The notes: generated from the letters alone by a model not told the origin. DNA of 64,000 nucleotides from Candidatus Dormiibacterota bacterium (GCA_035536395.1 DATLOE010000003.1:35713-99712), one strand, 5' to 3'; counted from the stretch's first letter, positions 17,913-29,145 are shown. Numbers and translations: made by a program.

Positions 17913-18575
17913 CTAGGCGTAATTCAATTCTGCGAAGAAGCGCTGGCTGGGGTTTTGGGCGAGCAGGTATATTAGATCGGGCACGCTTACAATCAGTTTG
18001 TCGTCTTTAATATCCGCAATATCAGCCCAAAAGCTCTCGCCGGCTTTAACCCTAGCTTTAAGTTTGCCAGACGGGCTCTGCCCGTAAAAGAGGTGGAACA
18101 GAATCTGGCTGACCGGCTCCCCTTCCTCGCAGATAGAAATGTAGCCATCACCGCGGTGTGTGAGCGCAACACTCAAACCTGTCTTTTCCTTAAGTTCGCG
18201 CTCAGCTGCCTCTTTAACACTCTCACCTATGTGCAGCTTACCGTACGGAAAGCCCACCTGGCCGTACAGAGGCTGGCGGCGGCGGCGGAACATCAGCCAC
18301 TGCCCTTCCTCGTTTTGGCAGACGATCAAAGTTACGATTCTAGGCTGCAAACGCGGTTTAAAAAGCTGCAGACTGAACTGGTCGGCCCGCACCTTGCCCT
18401 CTGGTGTCAGCTCATATAGACCATCGTCTGTCTTTTCCACCAAACCCTCTTTTGTCAGCTGGCGCAGGTGGTACATAAAGAGATTACCCTCCACCTCAGC
18501 CGGCTTAAGTTGGGAATAACGCAGCTGGGAGTTGGTGATTAGTTTATGGAAGATGTGTTTTTGCAGACGGTGCAT
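17913..18575 (-). CDS. Nudix hydrolase with an N-terminal winged-helix DNA-binding domain
   Basis: Nudix box GKLHIGESVKEAAERELKEKTGL (G-x5-E-x7-REUxEExGU). The N-terminal 60 aa (HKLITNSQLRYSQL...YHLRQLTKEGLV) resemble a winged helix-turn-helix. Confidence 0.6.
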   Translation of the reverse strand: MHRLQKHIFHKLITNSQLRYSQLKPAEVEGNLFMYHLRQLTKEGLVEKTDDGLYELTPEGKVRADQFSLQLFKPRLQPRIVTLIVCQNEEGQWLMFRRRRQPLYGQVGFPYGKLHIGESVKEAAERELKEKTGLSVALTHRGDGYISICEEGEPVSQILFHLFYGQSPSGKLKARVKAGESFWADIADIKDDKLIVSVPDLIYLLAQNPSQRFFAELNYA

Positions 18576-18620
18576 AATTAATTAATAGTCCTTCGTGCTA
18601 GAGCATACCAGTTAATTATT

Positions 18621-18663
18621 TTTGACTCAAATTTTTTCGACTAGATACTATTTGACTCAAATT
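18621..18663. promoter_or_regulatory. Two perfect 13 nt direct repeats TTTGACTCAAATT, 30 bp apart, in the divergent promoter region
   Basis: Copies at 18621-18633 and 18651-18663. They lie between the wHTH-Nudix gene (-) and the four-gene operon (+). Confidence 0.4.
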
Positions 18664-18710
18664 CTAATATGAGGTCGTTGGGTGAGAAAGCAACTTGAAA
18701 AGGAGCCGAA

Positions 18711-18950
18711 ATGGCAGATACGAACCAACTATCGTTCAGTGCTCTCGAATGCTGGTGCGACGGCCGCCGCGGCCACACGACCGAGGAAGAAACCTCGCCA
18801 TATCTGATGTACTTTAGAGGGTCAGACGGCTATAGGTTTGAAACTGAGTTTGTGGGCCTGCGCCATCTCTGCCCGGCTTGTGTAACGCGTATAAGCGAGA
18901 TGATGTGCTATTACCTAGAGGAGGTGCAGTATGAGCGACTGTATTGCTGA
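18711..18950 (+). CDS. Hypothetical small protein with C-x-C...C-x2-C (79 aa)
   Basis: An AAAGGAG ribosome-binding site; the protein contains ECWCDGRRGH...CPAC. Confidence 0.45.
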   Translation: MADTNQLSFSALECWCDGRRGHTTEEETSPYLMYFRGSDGYRFETEFVGLRHLCPACVTRISEMMCYYLEEVQYERLYC

Positions 18951-19302
18951 AGAAGCTGCCGTTTTGGCAGAAAAAGAACAATGGGTTCAAAATGCTGCCA
19001 GGATAATAAGTGACTGTATCGATAATATCGATATGGAAGTTGCCGTGAGCTCAGCACGATGGGCCTCTCTTTGGCTCGATGACGTAAAGCTGTACGAGCC
19101 GCTGGAAGACAGGGATAGAGCGATAGAGGTAATTAAATCGGCCTTTAGCAGCTCACTTGAGAGAGCAGAGGGAGTTGAGCGTTACCCCACGGGGGTGCCT
19201 TCCATACGAAGCATGATTGCCGCAAAAGAGGCATTCTGCCTAGCGTATGGCAATGAAGCCCAAGGGATGAAAAAGCTCTTAGACGAAGTCTTTGCCGCCT
19301 GA
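18931..19302 (+). CDS. Hypothetical protein (123 aa)
   Basis: Overlaps the upstream gene by 20 nt, suggesting translational coupling. Confidence 0.45.
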   Translation: MSDCIAEEAAVLAEKEQWVQNAARIISDCIDNIDMEVAVSSARWASLWLDDVKLYEPLEDRDRAIEVIKSAFSSSLERAEGVERYPTGVPSIRSMIAAKEAFCLAYGNEAQGMKKLLDEVFAA

Positions 19303-19387
19303 CCTACTCCCGGCCAAGCGTGGCCGGGAGTAATGCACTTAAGCTTGCTACACTACCCGCTTTCCCCTATAACTGCCTCTACAAACC

Positions 19388-19855
19388 TTGACAGTGAAAG
19401 AAGGTAAAATGTCTGGCAAACTTGAGCCAACACGGGTACGCAGCGAAGTGCTGCCAGCCGACCCGCAGCCTGTTTTTGCGCTTGTGCTGAACTTCACTGA
19501 CCTATCCGATGAGCATCTTGCAGAGATTTCGATTCTATCGGGCGGAAGCGATCGCACAATCATTCAGGTTGAACCGGAACTGTTTAATACAGAAAAAGAT
19601 GCAGCCGGTGCATGGCAAAAGCTTTGCAAGCTGCTTGCGCCGTACACCTACGAAATGCTGTTCATTTTGGTGCCTTGGGGATTCAGGGGATTCGAACAGA
19701 TTGTGGAGGCAATCTATCTGGAGCAAGGGCGTGACCCATTCACCTTGATTCAGGTGGGATATTCCGTCTACGAGATGGGTATGGGGATGCGCCTCATAAA
19801 TCAGCCTGGAGCCCTCGAGGTAGGCAGCGGGTCCTTAGAGGAGAAGATTAGATGA
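19388..19855 (+). CDS. Hypothetical protein (155 aa)
   Basis: Preceded by the hairpin ctcccggcc-aagcgt-ggccgggag at 19305-19330. Confidence 0.45.
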   Translation: MTVKEGKMSGKLEPTRVRSEVLPADPQPVFALVLNFTDLSDEHLAEISILSGGSDRTIIQVEPELFNTEKDAAGAWQKLCKLLAPYTYEMLFILVPWGFRGFEQIVEAIYLEQGRDPFTLIQVGYSVYEMGMGMRLINQPGALEVGSGSLEEKIR

Positions 19856-20631
19856 GCCAAGCATACGCCTTTGAGATCCCATACTGTGACGCTGAAATTG
19901 CCGCCAGACTAATTGAGTCTGTTCCACCGGATTGGAGTTGGATCGACGGACAAGTAGATGCTCCTCTGAAAGAAGTTGCGGAAGGATTGGTAGCTAGGGC
20001 CGGGTATAAAATATGCCGTTTCGACAGCATTGCAGTAGTTACCTTGAATGAGGAGGGAGAAAGAAACGATTTCTTCCATTTTTCTAGCGAACAACGCACA
20101 TCAATCCTGATGTACCGCCGGGAAGCCAAGCTTGCGTTGGTCGGCTTGGGTCTTATGCCGTTGTTTGTCAGATTCGATGAAGCCGGTTTTGACCAGCAGG
20201 AGTGCGGAGATATGCCGTTTGAATCTGCCAAGCGAATTGCAAGTGAGTACGTCTGCCGAGGCTATCTGGGTGACCTGTTCTTCCGCAGCGATTGCTACGA
20301 CAATTGCGGTAGCTACAATCCGGAAAGGTGTGATATACACCTTGCGCCCTACACGGCCAGATGGCACAGAATGGAGGGAAGGCCTCCAGTTATTCCTTTT
20401 TCCGAGCTAGAAGCAGCCTACAAAGCCGGCAACCGGCAGCGGATCAAGGATATCAAGGCCAATAACGACCCGCCCAAAGCACAATTCCCCGCACTCATCA
20501 AAATAGAGTGGGAGAAAAAGTATGGCGGCAGACCGGAGAGAATAGCCGGGATACTGGATGCTTGCCGTGAGCTAGGACTAAAAGAACTCGACCCTGAACC
20601 GATTGAATACGGCACTTCATATGCCGAGTAA
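19852..20631 (+). CDS. Hypothetical protein (259 aa), Cys-rich in its central region
   Basis: Its start overlaps the upstream stop as ATGA. A terminator follows. Confidence 0.5.
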   Translation: MSQAYAFEIPYCDAEIAARLIESVPPDWSWIDGQVDAPLKEVAEGLVARAGYKICRFDSIAVVTLNEEGERNDFFHFSSEQRTSILMYRREAKLALVGLGLMPLFVRFDEAGFDQQECGDMPFESAKRIASEYVCRGYLGDLFFRSDCYDNCGSYNPERCDIHLAPYTARWHRMEGRPPVIPFSELEAAYKAGNRQRIKDIKANNDPPKAQFPALIKIEWEKKYGGRPERIAGILDACRELGLKELDPEPIEYGTSYAE

Positions 20632-20635
20632 CGCC

Positions 20636-20680
20636 CTCTTACTGCGAGCGAAAGCCCTCGGTAAGAGGGCTTTTTTTATA
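20636..20680 (+). terminator. Intrinsic terminator (GCCCTCTTAC...GTAAGAGGGC followed by TTTTTTT)
   Basis: A 10 bp stem with an 18 nt loop and a T-run, between the convergent gene ends. Confidence 0.6.
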
Positions 20681-20690
20681 ATTATCTTTA

Positions 20691-21167
20691 CTAGTATCTG
20701 GCGAAGTGAGCGAAGGCTTTATTGGCCTCGGCCATCTTGTGGGTGTCTTCTTTCTTCTTAACGGCGTCGCCAGCGCTGTTGTAGGCATCCATCAGCTCTT
20801 TGGCTAAAATCTTATCGAACGCCCGGCCGCCTTTTGCACGAGCCGCGCCGATTATCCAGATCATAGCGTAGTGAATCTTGCGATCACCCCGGACTTCCAT
20901 TGGTACCTGGTAAGTGGCGCCACCGACCCGCTTGGCCTTGACCTGCACAGATGGAGCGACATTCTTAATTGCGGTTTCAAAAATCTCTACCGGATCCTTC
21001 TTAAGCTGATCACCGGCCTGCTCCATAGCATCGTACAGCAGCTGCTCGGCCAGACGCTTTTTGCCGTCTTGCATGATTTTATTAATCATTTTGGTAACTA
21101 AAACATTCTGATACTTTACATCAGGTATTAATTCTCTCTTAAAAGATTTCGTCTTCTTACGCGGCAT
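20691..21167 (-). CDS. rpsG: 30S ribosomal protein S7
   Basis: 158 aa with S7 motifs. Confidence 0.95.
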   Translation of the reverse strand: MPRKKTKSFKRELIPDVKYQNVLVTKMINKIMQDGKKRLAEQLLYDAMEQAGDQLKKDPVEIFETAIKNVAPSVQVKAKRVGGATYQVPMEVRGDRKIHYAMIWIIGAARAKGGRAFDKILAKELMDAYNSAGDAVKKKEDTHKMAEANKAFAHFARY

Positions 21168-21581
21168 TTACTTTTTTTCCTTCTTGGCACCGTACTTACT
21201 GCGCCCTTGCTTACGGTTAGAAACACCAGCCGCATCGAGCGAGCCACGCACAATCGTATAGCGTACACCGGCTAAGTCTTTAGGGCCGCCGCCGCGAATC
21301 AGTACCACCGAGTGCTCTTGCAGGTTGTGGCCAATTCCGGGAATATAAGCCGTTACCTCCATACCGTTGGTTAACCGTACACGAGCAATCTTACGCAGAG
21401 CCGAGTTCGGCTTACGCGGGGTGGTAGTGCTGACCTTAATGCAGACTCCACGCTTCAGCGGCGAAGGATGCACGTAGCTCCTGCCCTTGAGCGCGTTTAA
21501 GGTCCGGGAAAGGGCCGGCGTTTTGGTCTTCTTCTTTGGATCTTTCCGCGGCTTGCGGATTAGCTGGTTAATGGTTGGCAT
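21168..21581 (-). CDS. rpsL: 30S ribosomal protein S12
   Basis: Begins [10 protein letters not shown] and contains PKKPNSA-like regions. Confidence 0.95.
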   Translation of the reverse strand: MPTINQLIRKPRKDPKKKTKTPALSRTLNALKGRSYVHPSPLKRGVCIKVSTTTPRKPNSALRKIARVRLTNGMEVTAYIPGIGHNLQEHSVVLIRGGGPKDLAGVRYTIVRGSLDAAGVSNRKQGRSKYGAKKEKK

Positions 21582-21624
21582 AGCTGGGATAGTTTCTCAG
21601 ATTTTTACTGGTTTAGTCAACATT

Positions 21625-24600
21625 TTACTTCTTGGCTGCAGCCTTAGCTCTGGTTTTAGGCTTTTTCTTCTCGGCTTCAGCGGCACGGAACCCGGTACCG
21701 ACAGGTATCAGTCGGCCGATAATCACATTCTCTTTTAATCCACGCAGTTTATCGAACTTACCGCGGGTAGCAGCTGCTATCAGCACACGCGTGGTGTCCT
21801 GGAAACTGGCAGCACTCAGGAATGAATCGGACGAAGTAGAAATTTTGGTAATCGGCAGAAGCAGCTGATCGTATGTAGCCACCTTGGCTTTAGCATTCAA
21901 TGCGGCGTTTTCTTCCGTTACACTCATCTTCGGCACAATGTCGCCGGTAACAAACAGAGTTTCGCCCGGATCTTCTACCTGCACCCTCGAGAACATCTGG
22001 CGAATGATTATCTCTATGTGCTTATCGTTAATGGCCTGACCCTGCGAGGAGTAGATAGACTGAACGGAGTCAATTATGTAGGTATGTACGGCCTTTTCGC
22101 CCAACAGCGCTAGCATATCCTGCAGATTCACTGAGCCCTCTGTTAAACGCTGACCGCGGGTAACCAGATCGCCATTAGATACTTGTACCGACTGGTACAC
22201 GGGAACCTGGTGCTCTTTTACGGCTTCGCCGGTGTGGGCCAACAGAATCTTACCGCGCTTCAGTTCTACGGTGCCTTCAATGCGGCTTTTTATAGCTCGC
22301 TTGCCGTCAGCATCAGCAGCCATCACATCGCCCGGCTTCACAATTGCTCCGTCTTTCACCTGGGTTTTGCGGCCGTCTAGCGCGTACTCGGTAACCTTGA
22401 TATTGGCCGGGGTGATTTTAATAATCTTCTTGCCCGACTCTTCGCGAACTTTTACCATACCGTCGATCTCAGACAACACTGCCTGACCTTTCGGTGCGCG
22501 GGCTTCAAAAATCTCCTCTACACGCGGCAGACCGGTGGTAATGTCTTCGCCGCCAGCGGCAGCACCCTTGTGGAAGGTACGCATAGTCAGCTGGGTGCCC
22601 GGCTCACCAATCGACTGGGCGGCAATAACGCCGACCGGCTCGCCCATTTTCACCATCTCACCCCGGGCAAGATCGAGTCCGTAACACTGGCGGCAAATAC
22701 CCCAGAGCGTCTTACAGCCCAAAACGGTGCGGATTTTAACTTCTTCAATTGCTTCATCTGCCACAATGGCGTTTGCCTGAGTATCGCTGATCATTTCGCC
22801 AGCTTTGGCTATTACTTCACCCTTGGCATTCTTAACCGTGGCAGCTGCCACACGACCGGCCAAGCGGTAAGCGAATGTTTCGCCAATGCTTTCAGATTCG
22901 TGTCGGCTGACGATACTGCCCTCCTTGTCGCCGCAGTTTTCTTCGGTAATGAACACATCCTGCGAAACGTCTACCAAACGGCGGGTTAGGTAGCCAGACT
23001 CAGCCGTTTTTAGGGCTGTATCTGTCAGACCCTTACGGGCGCCGTGGGTCGAGGAGAAGTACTCCAGGGTAGAAAAACCCTCTTTGTAGTTGCTCCTAAT
23101 CGGCAGCTCAATAATCTGGCCTGTCGGGTTGTTTACCAGACCCAACATACCCGAGATCTGGTTGACCTGGCTGAGATCTCCGCGGGCACCGGATTCAACG
23201 AACATTCCGATAGTGGCATTGCTTTCATTAATCGCGGCCTCTAGCAGCTCTTTAATCCGCTCATTGGTCTTCTGCCAGACTTCAATCGTGCGGCGATAGC
23301 GCTCCTCATCTGTAATTAGCCCCATGTCGAACTGCTTGCTAATTTCTACCACCTGGCTCTCGCCTTCATCCACCATTTTCTCTTTCTGAGGCGGTACCAC
23401 GAAATCGTCGAAGCCGATCGAAAGGCCCGAAAGCGTTGCATACTTAAAGCCAAGGTCCTTAATATTATCCACGGTCATGGCGGTCAGTTCGCCGCCGCAT
23501 CGTACAAATATTTCCGTTACCAGCTTCTGCAGTTTCTTCTTATTCATAGTTTCATTACGGAATTCTATGGCTTCAGGCAGGATTTCATTGAATATGACGC
23601 GGCCGGCCGTAGTAACTGTTCGTACACCTTCTATTGGAACCGTAATAGTCGTTTGGAGTTTAATAGCGCCCTGCTCGCAAGCGGTGATCGCTTCATCGAA
23701 ATCGGCAAAATGCTTCTGTGGCTCAGGTTCAGAGATGTTGTCGTAGGTCAGGTAGTAACAGCCCAGCACTATATCCTGGCTGGGGTTGACGACAGCTGCT
23801 CCATCGGCCGGCTTCAGCAGGTTTTTGGTTGAAAGCATAATGGTCTTGGCCTCTTCCTGGGCAGCCGCAGAAAGCGGCACGTGGACGGCCATTTGATCGC
23901 CATCAAAGTCGGCATTAAAGGCCGAGCAGACTAGCGGGTGCAGCTGGATAGCCTTGCCTTCAATCAGAATCGGTTTGAAGGCCTGAATACCGAGACGGTG
24001 CAGGGTCGGTGCGCGGTTTAAGAGTACATACTTTTCGGCAATAATCTCTTCCAGCGCGTCCCAGACCTCGTTGCGTGCGCGCTCAATCATCCGGCTAGCG
24101 GATTTCACGTTATGAGCCAGTTCAGCTTCTATCAGCTTGCTCATGACAAACGGCTTGAAGAGCTCGAGAGCCATCATCTTCGGTATGCCGCACTCATCGA
24201 GCTTTAGGTTCGGGCCGGCTACAATTACCGATCGGCCAGAGTAGTCTACTCGCTTACCCAAGAGGTTCTGGCGGAACCGCCCCTGCTTACCTTTAAGCAT
24301 ATCGCTTAGGCTCTTAAGCTTACGACGGCCGCCGGTCGAAGACACGGCGCGCTCGCGGCGAGCGTTGTTATCTATTAAAGCATCTACCGCTTCCTGAAGC
24401 ATACGCTTCTCGTTACGGCGAATGACCTCGGGGGCACCAAGCTCAATCAGGCGCTTCAGGCGATTATTACGGTTGATCACCCGGCGATAGAGATCGTTCA
24501 GGTCCGAAGCCGCAAACCGGCCGCCGGCCAGCTGCACCATTGGGCGCAGGTCAGGCGGAATCACTGGCAAATCGGTAATAACCATCCACTCAGGGCGCAG

Positions 24601-25467
24601 ATTCGCACCCTTCATGCCCTCCAGCATCTTCAGACGCTTAAAGGTTTTTTTACGTTTCTGGCCAACAGACTGCTCGGCTTCTTTAGCGAGCTGCTTTACT
24701 AGTTTTTCGATGTCGATTTCGGCTAGTAGGTTGCGAATGGCTTCAGCGCCGATTTCGGCCCTAAACACATCACCATATTTTAAGTTCAGCTCGCGGTACT
24801 TGGCTTCTGTCAGAAGCTGAAGTTTGGCCAGGCCATCAAGTTCGGTCTTGGCTGAGCTGTAACTAGCTTCGAGGTCAGCCATTTCGCCAGTCCGAGCCTC
24901 GGCCAGCTGAGACTTATCGGCATCTTTGGCGCTGGCCTTGGCCTTAAAGCTTTTTTCGATATCGGCCTTACGAGTCTTGTACTCATTTTCCAGATCGCTA
25001 ATAGCCTGCTTGCGCCGCTCGTCGTCAACTTCAGTTACCAAGTAGCTGGCAAAGTAAACCACTCGCTCTAGATCGCGAATACTCATATTCAGTACCAAGC
25101 CGATACTGGAGGGCGTGCCGCGTAAGAACCAAATGTGAGTTACGGGTACAGCTAGAGCAATGTGGCCCATCCGCTCACGGCGGACTATGCTGCGGGTTAC
25201 GCGAACGCCGCACTTATCACAAACTACGTCCTTGTAGCGGATTCGCTTGTACTTGCCGCAGTAGCATTCCCAATCTTTAGTGGGGCCGAAGATACGCTCA
25301 CAAAACAGTCCGTCTTTTTCAGGCTTCTGGGTGCGGTAGTTGATGGTCTCGGGCTTAATAATCTCACCATGTGACCATTCTAAAATCTGATCGGGTGAAG
25401 CCAGCGCTAATTTAACAGCACTGAACCCACTGGTCATCTGGTCTAATCCTTCTTTTGCGTCTACCAC
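21625..25467 (-). CDS. rpoC: DNA-directed RNA polymerase beta' subunit
   Basis: 1280 aa containing NADFDGDQM and Zn-finger cysteines. Confidence 0.97.
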   Translation of the reverse strand: MVDAKEGLDQMTSGFSAVKLALASPDQILEWSHGEIIKPETINYRTQKPEKDGLFCERIFGPTKDWECYCGKYKRIRYKDVVCDKCGVRVTRSIVRRERMGHIALAVPVTHIWFLRGTPSSIGLVLNMSIRDLERVVYFASYLVTEVDDERRKQAISDLENEYKTRKADIEKSFKAKASAKDADKSQLAEARTGEMADLEASYSSAKTELDGLAKLQLLTEAKYRELNLKYGDVFRAEIGAEAIRNLLAEIDIEKLVKQLAKEAEQSVGQKRKKTFKRLKMLEGMKGANLRPEWMVITDLPVIPPDLRPMVQLAGGRFAASDLNDLYRRVINRNNRLKRLIELGAPEVIRRNEKRMLQEAVDALIDNNARRERAVSSTGGRRKLKSLSDMLKGKQGRFRQNLLGKRVDYSGRSVIVAGPNLKLDECGIPKMMALELFKPFVMSKLIEAELAHNVKSASRMIERARNEVWDALEEIIAEKYVLLNRAPTLHRLGIQAFKPILIEGKAIQLHPLVCSAFNADFDGDQMAVHVPLSAAAQEEAKTIMLSTKNLLKPADGAAVVNPSQDIVLGCYYLTYDNISEPEPQKHFADFDEAITACEQGAIKLQTTITVPIEGVRTVTTAGRVIFNEILPEAIEFRNETMNKKKLQKLVTEIFVRCGGELTAMTVDNIKDLGFKYATLSGLSIGFDDFVVPPQKEKMVDEGESQVVEISKQFDMGLITDEERYRRTIEVWQKTNERIKELLEAAINESNATIGMFVESGARGDLSQVNQISGMLGLVNNPTGQIIELPIRSNYKEGFSTLEYFSSTHGARKGLTDTALKTAESGYLTRRLVDVSQDVFITEENCGDKEGSIVSRHESESIGETFAYRLAGRVAAATVKNAKGEVIAKAGEMISDTQANAIVADEAIEEVKIRTVLGCKTLWGICRQCYGLDLARGEMVKMGEPVGVIAAQSIGEPGTQLTMRTFHKGAAAGGEDITTGLPRVEEIFEARAPKGQAVLSEIDGMVKVREESGKKIIKITPANIKVTEYALDGRKTQVKDGAIVKPGDVMAADADGKRAIKSRIEGTVELKRGKILLAHTGEAVKEHQVPVYQSVQVSNGDLVTRGQRLTEGSVNLQDMLALLGEKAVHTYIIDSVQSIYSSQGQAINDKHIEIIIRQMFSRVQVEDPGETLFVTGDIVPKMSVTEENAALNAKAKVATYDQLLLPITKISTSSDSFLSAASFQDTTRVLIAAATRGKFDKLRGLKENVIIGRLIPVGTGFRAAEAEKKKPKTRAKAAAKK

Positions 25468-25468
25468 C

Positions 25469-28400
25469 TTAAGCCTCTTTCTTTTCTTTAGCAGTTACTT
25501 CGGCTTTTTCAGCCTCTTCAAACTCATCTCCGCCGCCGGCAGCTAGATCCACCAAGGGCATATCAGCTACAGCCTCATCGCCTACTATGAGCTTATCTGT
25601 GCCCAGTTCCTCGACATCGGCGTCCATTTCACCGGCAATCACCTCTTCGGCATCAACTTCCTGGGAAGTTTCGTCACGGATCAGATCTACACCCAGGCTC
25701 AAACTCTGCAGCTCTTTGACCAACACATTGAATGATTCCGGAATGCGCGGGCCCCTAATTTCTTCGCCCTTAATAATCGCCTCATAGGCCTTGGAGCGGC
25801 CAACAACATCATCGGATTTAATTGTTAAGATTTCCTGCAGACTGTGGGCAGCGCCATAGGCTTCTAGTGCCCAGACTTCCATTTCTCCAAACCGCTGACC
25901 GCCGCGCTGAGCCTTACCACCCAAGGGCTGTTGGGTAACCATGGCGTAAGGGCCGGTCGAGCGGGCGTGAATTTTATCATCTATCATGTGATGCAATTTC
26001 AGCATGTAGTTGAAACCGACTGTGGTTCGCTCATGATACGGCTCACCCGTACGGCCATCGTAGAGCTGAGCCTTACCGTCTTCTGGCAGGCCGGCTCGCG
26101 CCAGCTCTTCTTTAATCTTTGTAATGTGGACGCCGTTAAAGACCGGTGAAGCTACTTTGTAACCCAAGAGATTAGCGGCCCAGCCTAAGTGGGTTTCAAA
26201 CACCTGGCCGATATTCATACGCGCGCCCACACCCAACGGATTCAAAATCATATCTACCGGCGTACCGTCTTCCAGGTAAGGCATATCTTCAATCGGCAAT
26301 ACGCGGGCAATCACGCCTTTGTTACCATGACGGCCGGCCATTTTATCGCCGACTGAAATCTTACGCATCTGCGCGATTGAAACATGGAACTGCTGAATAA
26401 CTCCGGCCTGCAGTTCATCGCCGCCTTCGCGCGAGAAGATCTTAACGCCAACGACTTTACCCCGCTCACCGTTTGGCATGCGCAGGCTAGTGTCTTTTAC
26501 ATCTCGGGCTTTTTCGCCAAAAATGGCTCGCAGCAGTTTTTCTTCGCTAGAAAGCTCTTGCTCACCCTTAGGGGTGATTTTGCCGACCAAAATATCTCCG
26601 GCGCTGACTTCGGCGCCAATGCGCACAATGCCGGTTTCATCGAGATCTTTCAGGCTGTCCTCAGAGACATTCGGAATGTCGCGGGTAACGATTTCCGGGC
26701 CCAGCTTAGTATCACGCACATCGATAGTGTAGGTTTCGATATGAATCGAACTGTAACGGTCGTCTTGTACCAGCCGTTGGCTGATAATAATGGCATCTTC
26801 GAAGTTATAACCACCCCAAGACATAAAGGCCACTAGAACGTTCTGGCCCAGGGCCAGCTCGCCGGCATCGGTCGACATGCCATCGGCTAGCAGGTCGCCT
26901 TTTTTAACCTTTTGTCCGGAATGCACGACTGTGCGCTGATGGATGCTGTTGCCTTGGTTGCTGCGCACGAAGTTCAGCAGCTGATAACTCTTTACGCCAG
27001 CTTTAGCGTATTTCACAGTAATCTCGGCGGCTGTAGCGGATTCCACTACTCCGTCTTCCTCAGCCACAATCACCTGACCCGAGTCACGCGCTACAACCTG
27101 CTCCATACCAGTACCGACTGTTGGGGCCTGGGGGCTAACTAAGGCCACGGCCTGCTTCTGCATGTTCGCAGCCATCAAGGCCCGCTTGGCGTCATCGTGC
27201 TCGATAAATGGAATTAGAGCCGTAGAGACGGAAACGATCTGTTGGCTAGAAACATCCATATACTCTACGTTATTGGCGTCCTCTTCTTCGGCTTCACCGC
27301 TACGCCGCACGGATACCCGTGGTTCTACAAAGTAGCCGTCGGGGCCGATTTTGGTGCCGTATTCAGTAATCACTGCGTTTTTTTCATCAGCAGCATCCAT
27401 ATAGACTATACGGCCGGTGACCTTAGCCTTAACAGGCACCTCTTCCAGGCCCAGCTTAGCTAGTCTTTTGGCGGCTGCCGGGCTGATTTTATCGCCGGGT
27501 TTTATAATAGTTTTTTCGCCATCTTTGATGGTGGTTCGGGCGATGTGGCCGGCTGCTTTATCGGGACTGATCCTATTAATAACTTTGCGGTAAGGGGTCT
27601 CTACAAAGCCGTATTCATTCACCTGTGCATAGGTAGAAAGGTTCGATACCAAACCGATGTTGGGGCCTTCTGGGGTTTCAATCGGGCAGATACGGCCGTA
27701 GTGACTGCGGTGTACGTCACGAACCTCAAAGCCGGCGCGCTCGCGGCTGAGACCGCCGGGGCCCATAGCGTTCAGGCGGCGCTTGTGTGAGGTTTCGCTT
27801 AGAGGATTGGTCTGGTCCATGAATTGGCTGAGCTGAGAGGAAGCAAAGAACTCCTTAACACTAGCCACAATAGGACGAACGTTAATCAGCTGGCCGGGAG
27901 TAACAGTAGCGCGGTCGTAAACAGACATTCTGTCTTTAACATTGCGCTCCATACGGACTAAGCCAACCCGGAACTTGGCCTGGATTAATTCACCAACCAT
28001 TTTCAGGCGGCGGTTCTCTAAGTCGTCAATATCGCTGGCCGGACCTTGGCTGTGGTTTAGGCGTACTACCTCGCGAATAACGGCAACCAGATCTTCGGGG
28101 CGCAGAATGCGGTTTTCTACCGTATTTGCGAGCTTAAGGCCCAGGCGCTTGTTTAGCTTATAGCGGCCTACCTTAGAGAAGTCGTAGCGCTTAGGGTCAA
28201 AGAACATGCTTTCTATCAGAGACTTTGAGTTTTCAACTGTGGCCAGATCGCCGGGGCGAATACGTCGGTAAACCTCCATAAAGGCCTCACTCTGGTTAGA
28301 GGATGGGTCTTTATCCAAGGTTTCAGCAATATTCTTGATCTCACCAGTATCAACATCTTTGAACAGTTTTATAATCTCTTCGTCTGAGCTATAGCCAAAG

Positions 28401-28975
28401 GCGCGCAGTAGTGTCGTAACTGGAATTTTGCGCTTGCGGTCGATCTTAACGGAAATTACGCCGTTAGCGGCTGTGTCCATCTCTAGCCAGGCACCGCGGT
28501 CAGGAATAACTTTTGCACCGTACAGGTTGCGCCCACCGGCCGGTTCGGCCATAAAGAAAACCCCAGCCGAACGAACTAGCTGGGATACAATGACTCTCTC
28601 TACACCATTAATAATAAAGGTGCCGCGGTCGGTCATCCATGGATAATCGCCCAGGAATATCTCTTGGTCTTTAATTTCACCAGTCTCTTTGTTCTCAAGC
28701 CTTACCTGGGCTTTTAGCGGCACTTCGTAGGTTACATTCTTAGCTTTTGAAGTTGCAGCATCGTACTTAGGCTCTTCGAAGTGAAAATCCTTAAAGTAGA
28801 GCGCGAGGCTCTTGCCGGTAAAGTCTTCTATTGGGCTGATAGAAGCAAACAGCTCCGCCAGACCTTCACCTATTAACCAGTCGAATGAATCCTTCTGGGC
28901 TTTGATGAGATTCGGCAGAGGTAGAACTTCCTCGGTTTTATTGAAATAACGGCGGGTGGGTTGGGCTGATGCCAA
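25469..28975 (-). CDS. rpoB: DNA-directed RNA polymerase beta subunit (probable TTG start)
   Basis: 1168 aa with an AGGAGA ribosome-binding site 5 nt before the TTG. It has an acidic C-terminal tail. Confidence 0.97.
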   Translation of the reverse strand: MASAQPTRRYFNKTEEVLPLPNLIKAQKDSFDWLIGEGLAELFASISPIEDFTGKSLALYFKDFHFEEPKYDAATSKAKNVTYEVPLKAQVRLENKETGEIKDQEIFLGDYPWMTDRGTFIINGVERVIVSQLVRSAGVFFMAEPAGGRNLYGAKVIPDRGAWLEMDTAANGVISVKIDRKRKIPVTTLLRAFGYSSDEEIIKLFKDVDTGEIKNIAETLDKDPSSNQSEAFMEVYRRIRPGDLATVENSKSLIESMFFDPKRYDFSKVGRYKLNKRLGLKLANTVENRILRPEDLVAVIREVVRLNHSQGPASDIDDLENRRLKMVGELIQAKFRVGLVRMERNVKDRMSVYDRATVTPGQLINVRPIVASVKEFFASSQLSQFMDQTNPLSETSHKRRLNAMGPGGLSRERAGFEVRDVHRSHYGRICPIETPEGPNIGLVSNLSTYAQVNEYGFVETPYRKVINRISPDKAAGHIARTTIKDGEKTIIKPGDKISPAAAKRLAKLGLEEVPVKAKVTGRIVYMDAADEKNAVITEYGTKIGPDGYFVEPRVSVRRSGEAEEEDANNVEYMDVSSQQIVSVSTALIPFIEHDDAKRALMAANMQKQAVALVSPQAPTVGTGMEQVVARDSGQVIVAEEDGVVESATAAEITVKYAKAGVKSYQLLNFVRSNQGNSIHQRTVVHSGQKVKKGDLLADGMSTDAGELALGQNVLVAFMSWGGYNFEDAIIISQRLVQDDRYSSIHIETYTIDVRDTKLGPEIVTRDIPNVSEDSLKDLDETGIVRIGAEVSAGDILVGKITPKGEQELSSEEKLLRAIFGEKARDVKDTSLRMPNGERGKVVGVKIFSREGGDELQAGVIQQFHVSIAQMRKISVGDKMAGRHGNKGVIARVLPIEDMPYLEDGTPVDMILNPLGVGARMNIGQVFETHLGWAANLLGYKVASPVFNGVHITKIKEELARAGLPEDGKAQLYDGRTGEPYHERTTVGFNYMLKLHHMIDDKIHARSTGPYAMVTQQPLGGKAQRGGQRFGEMEVWALEAYGAAHSLQEILTIKSDDVVGRSKAYEAIIKGEEIRGPRIPESFNVLVKELQSLSLGVDLIRDETSQEVDAEEVIAGEMDADVEELGTDKLIVGDEAVADMPLVDLAAGGGDEFEEAEKAEVTAKEKKEA

Positions 28976-29145
28976 AAGGCTGTCTCCTCTTTGATTATTA
29001 AATTAACCAAGAGGTATTTATCTAAATCGGCTTCTAGAGCTTTCGCATCCCAGGAAGTAAAGAGATACGAAAGTCCTACACGCAAAAAAAGTAGGCAGGC
29101 GACCCTACTTCGCGATTTAAGCTTCCTCTTGGGTCTAATATTCGC

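Noticed and set aside
21632-28646. Numerous plus-strand ORFs of 60-240 aa inside rpoB, rpoC, fusA, dnaE, clpC and others
   Set aside because: They are antisense to highly conserved, confidently identified genes. They have no ribosome-binding sites and are typical shadow ORFs.
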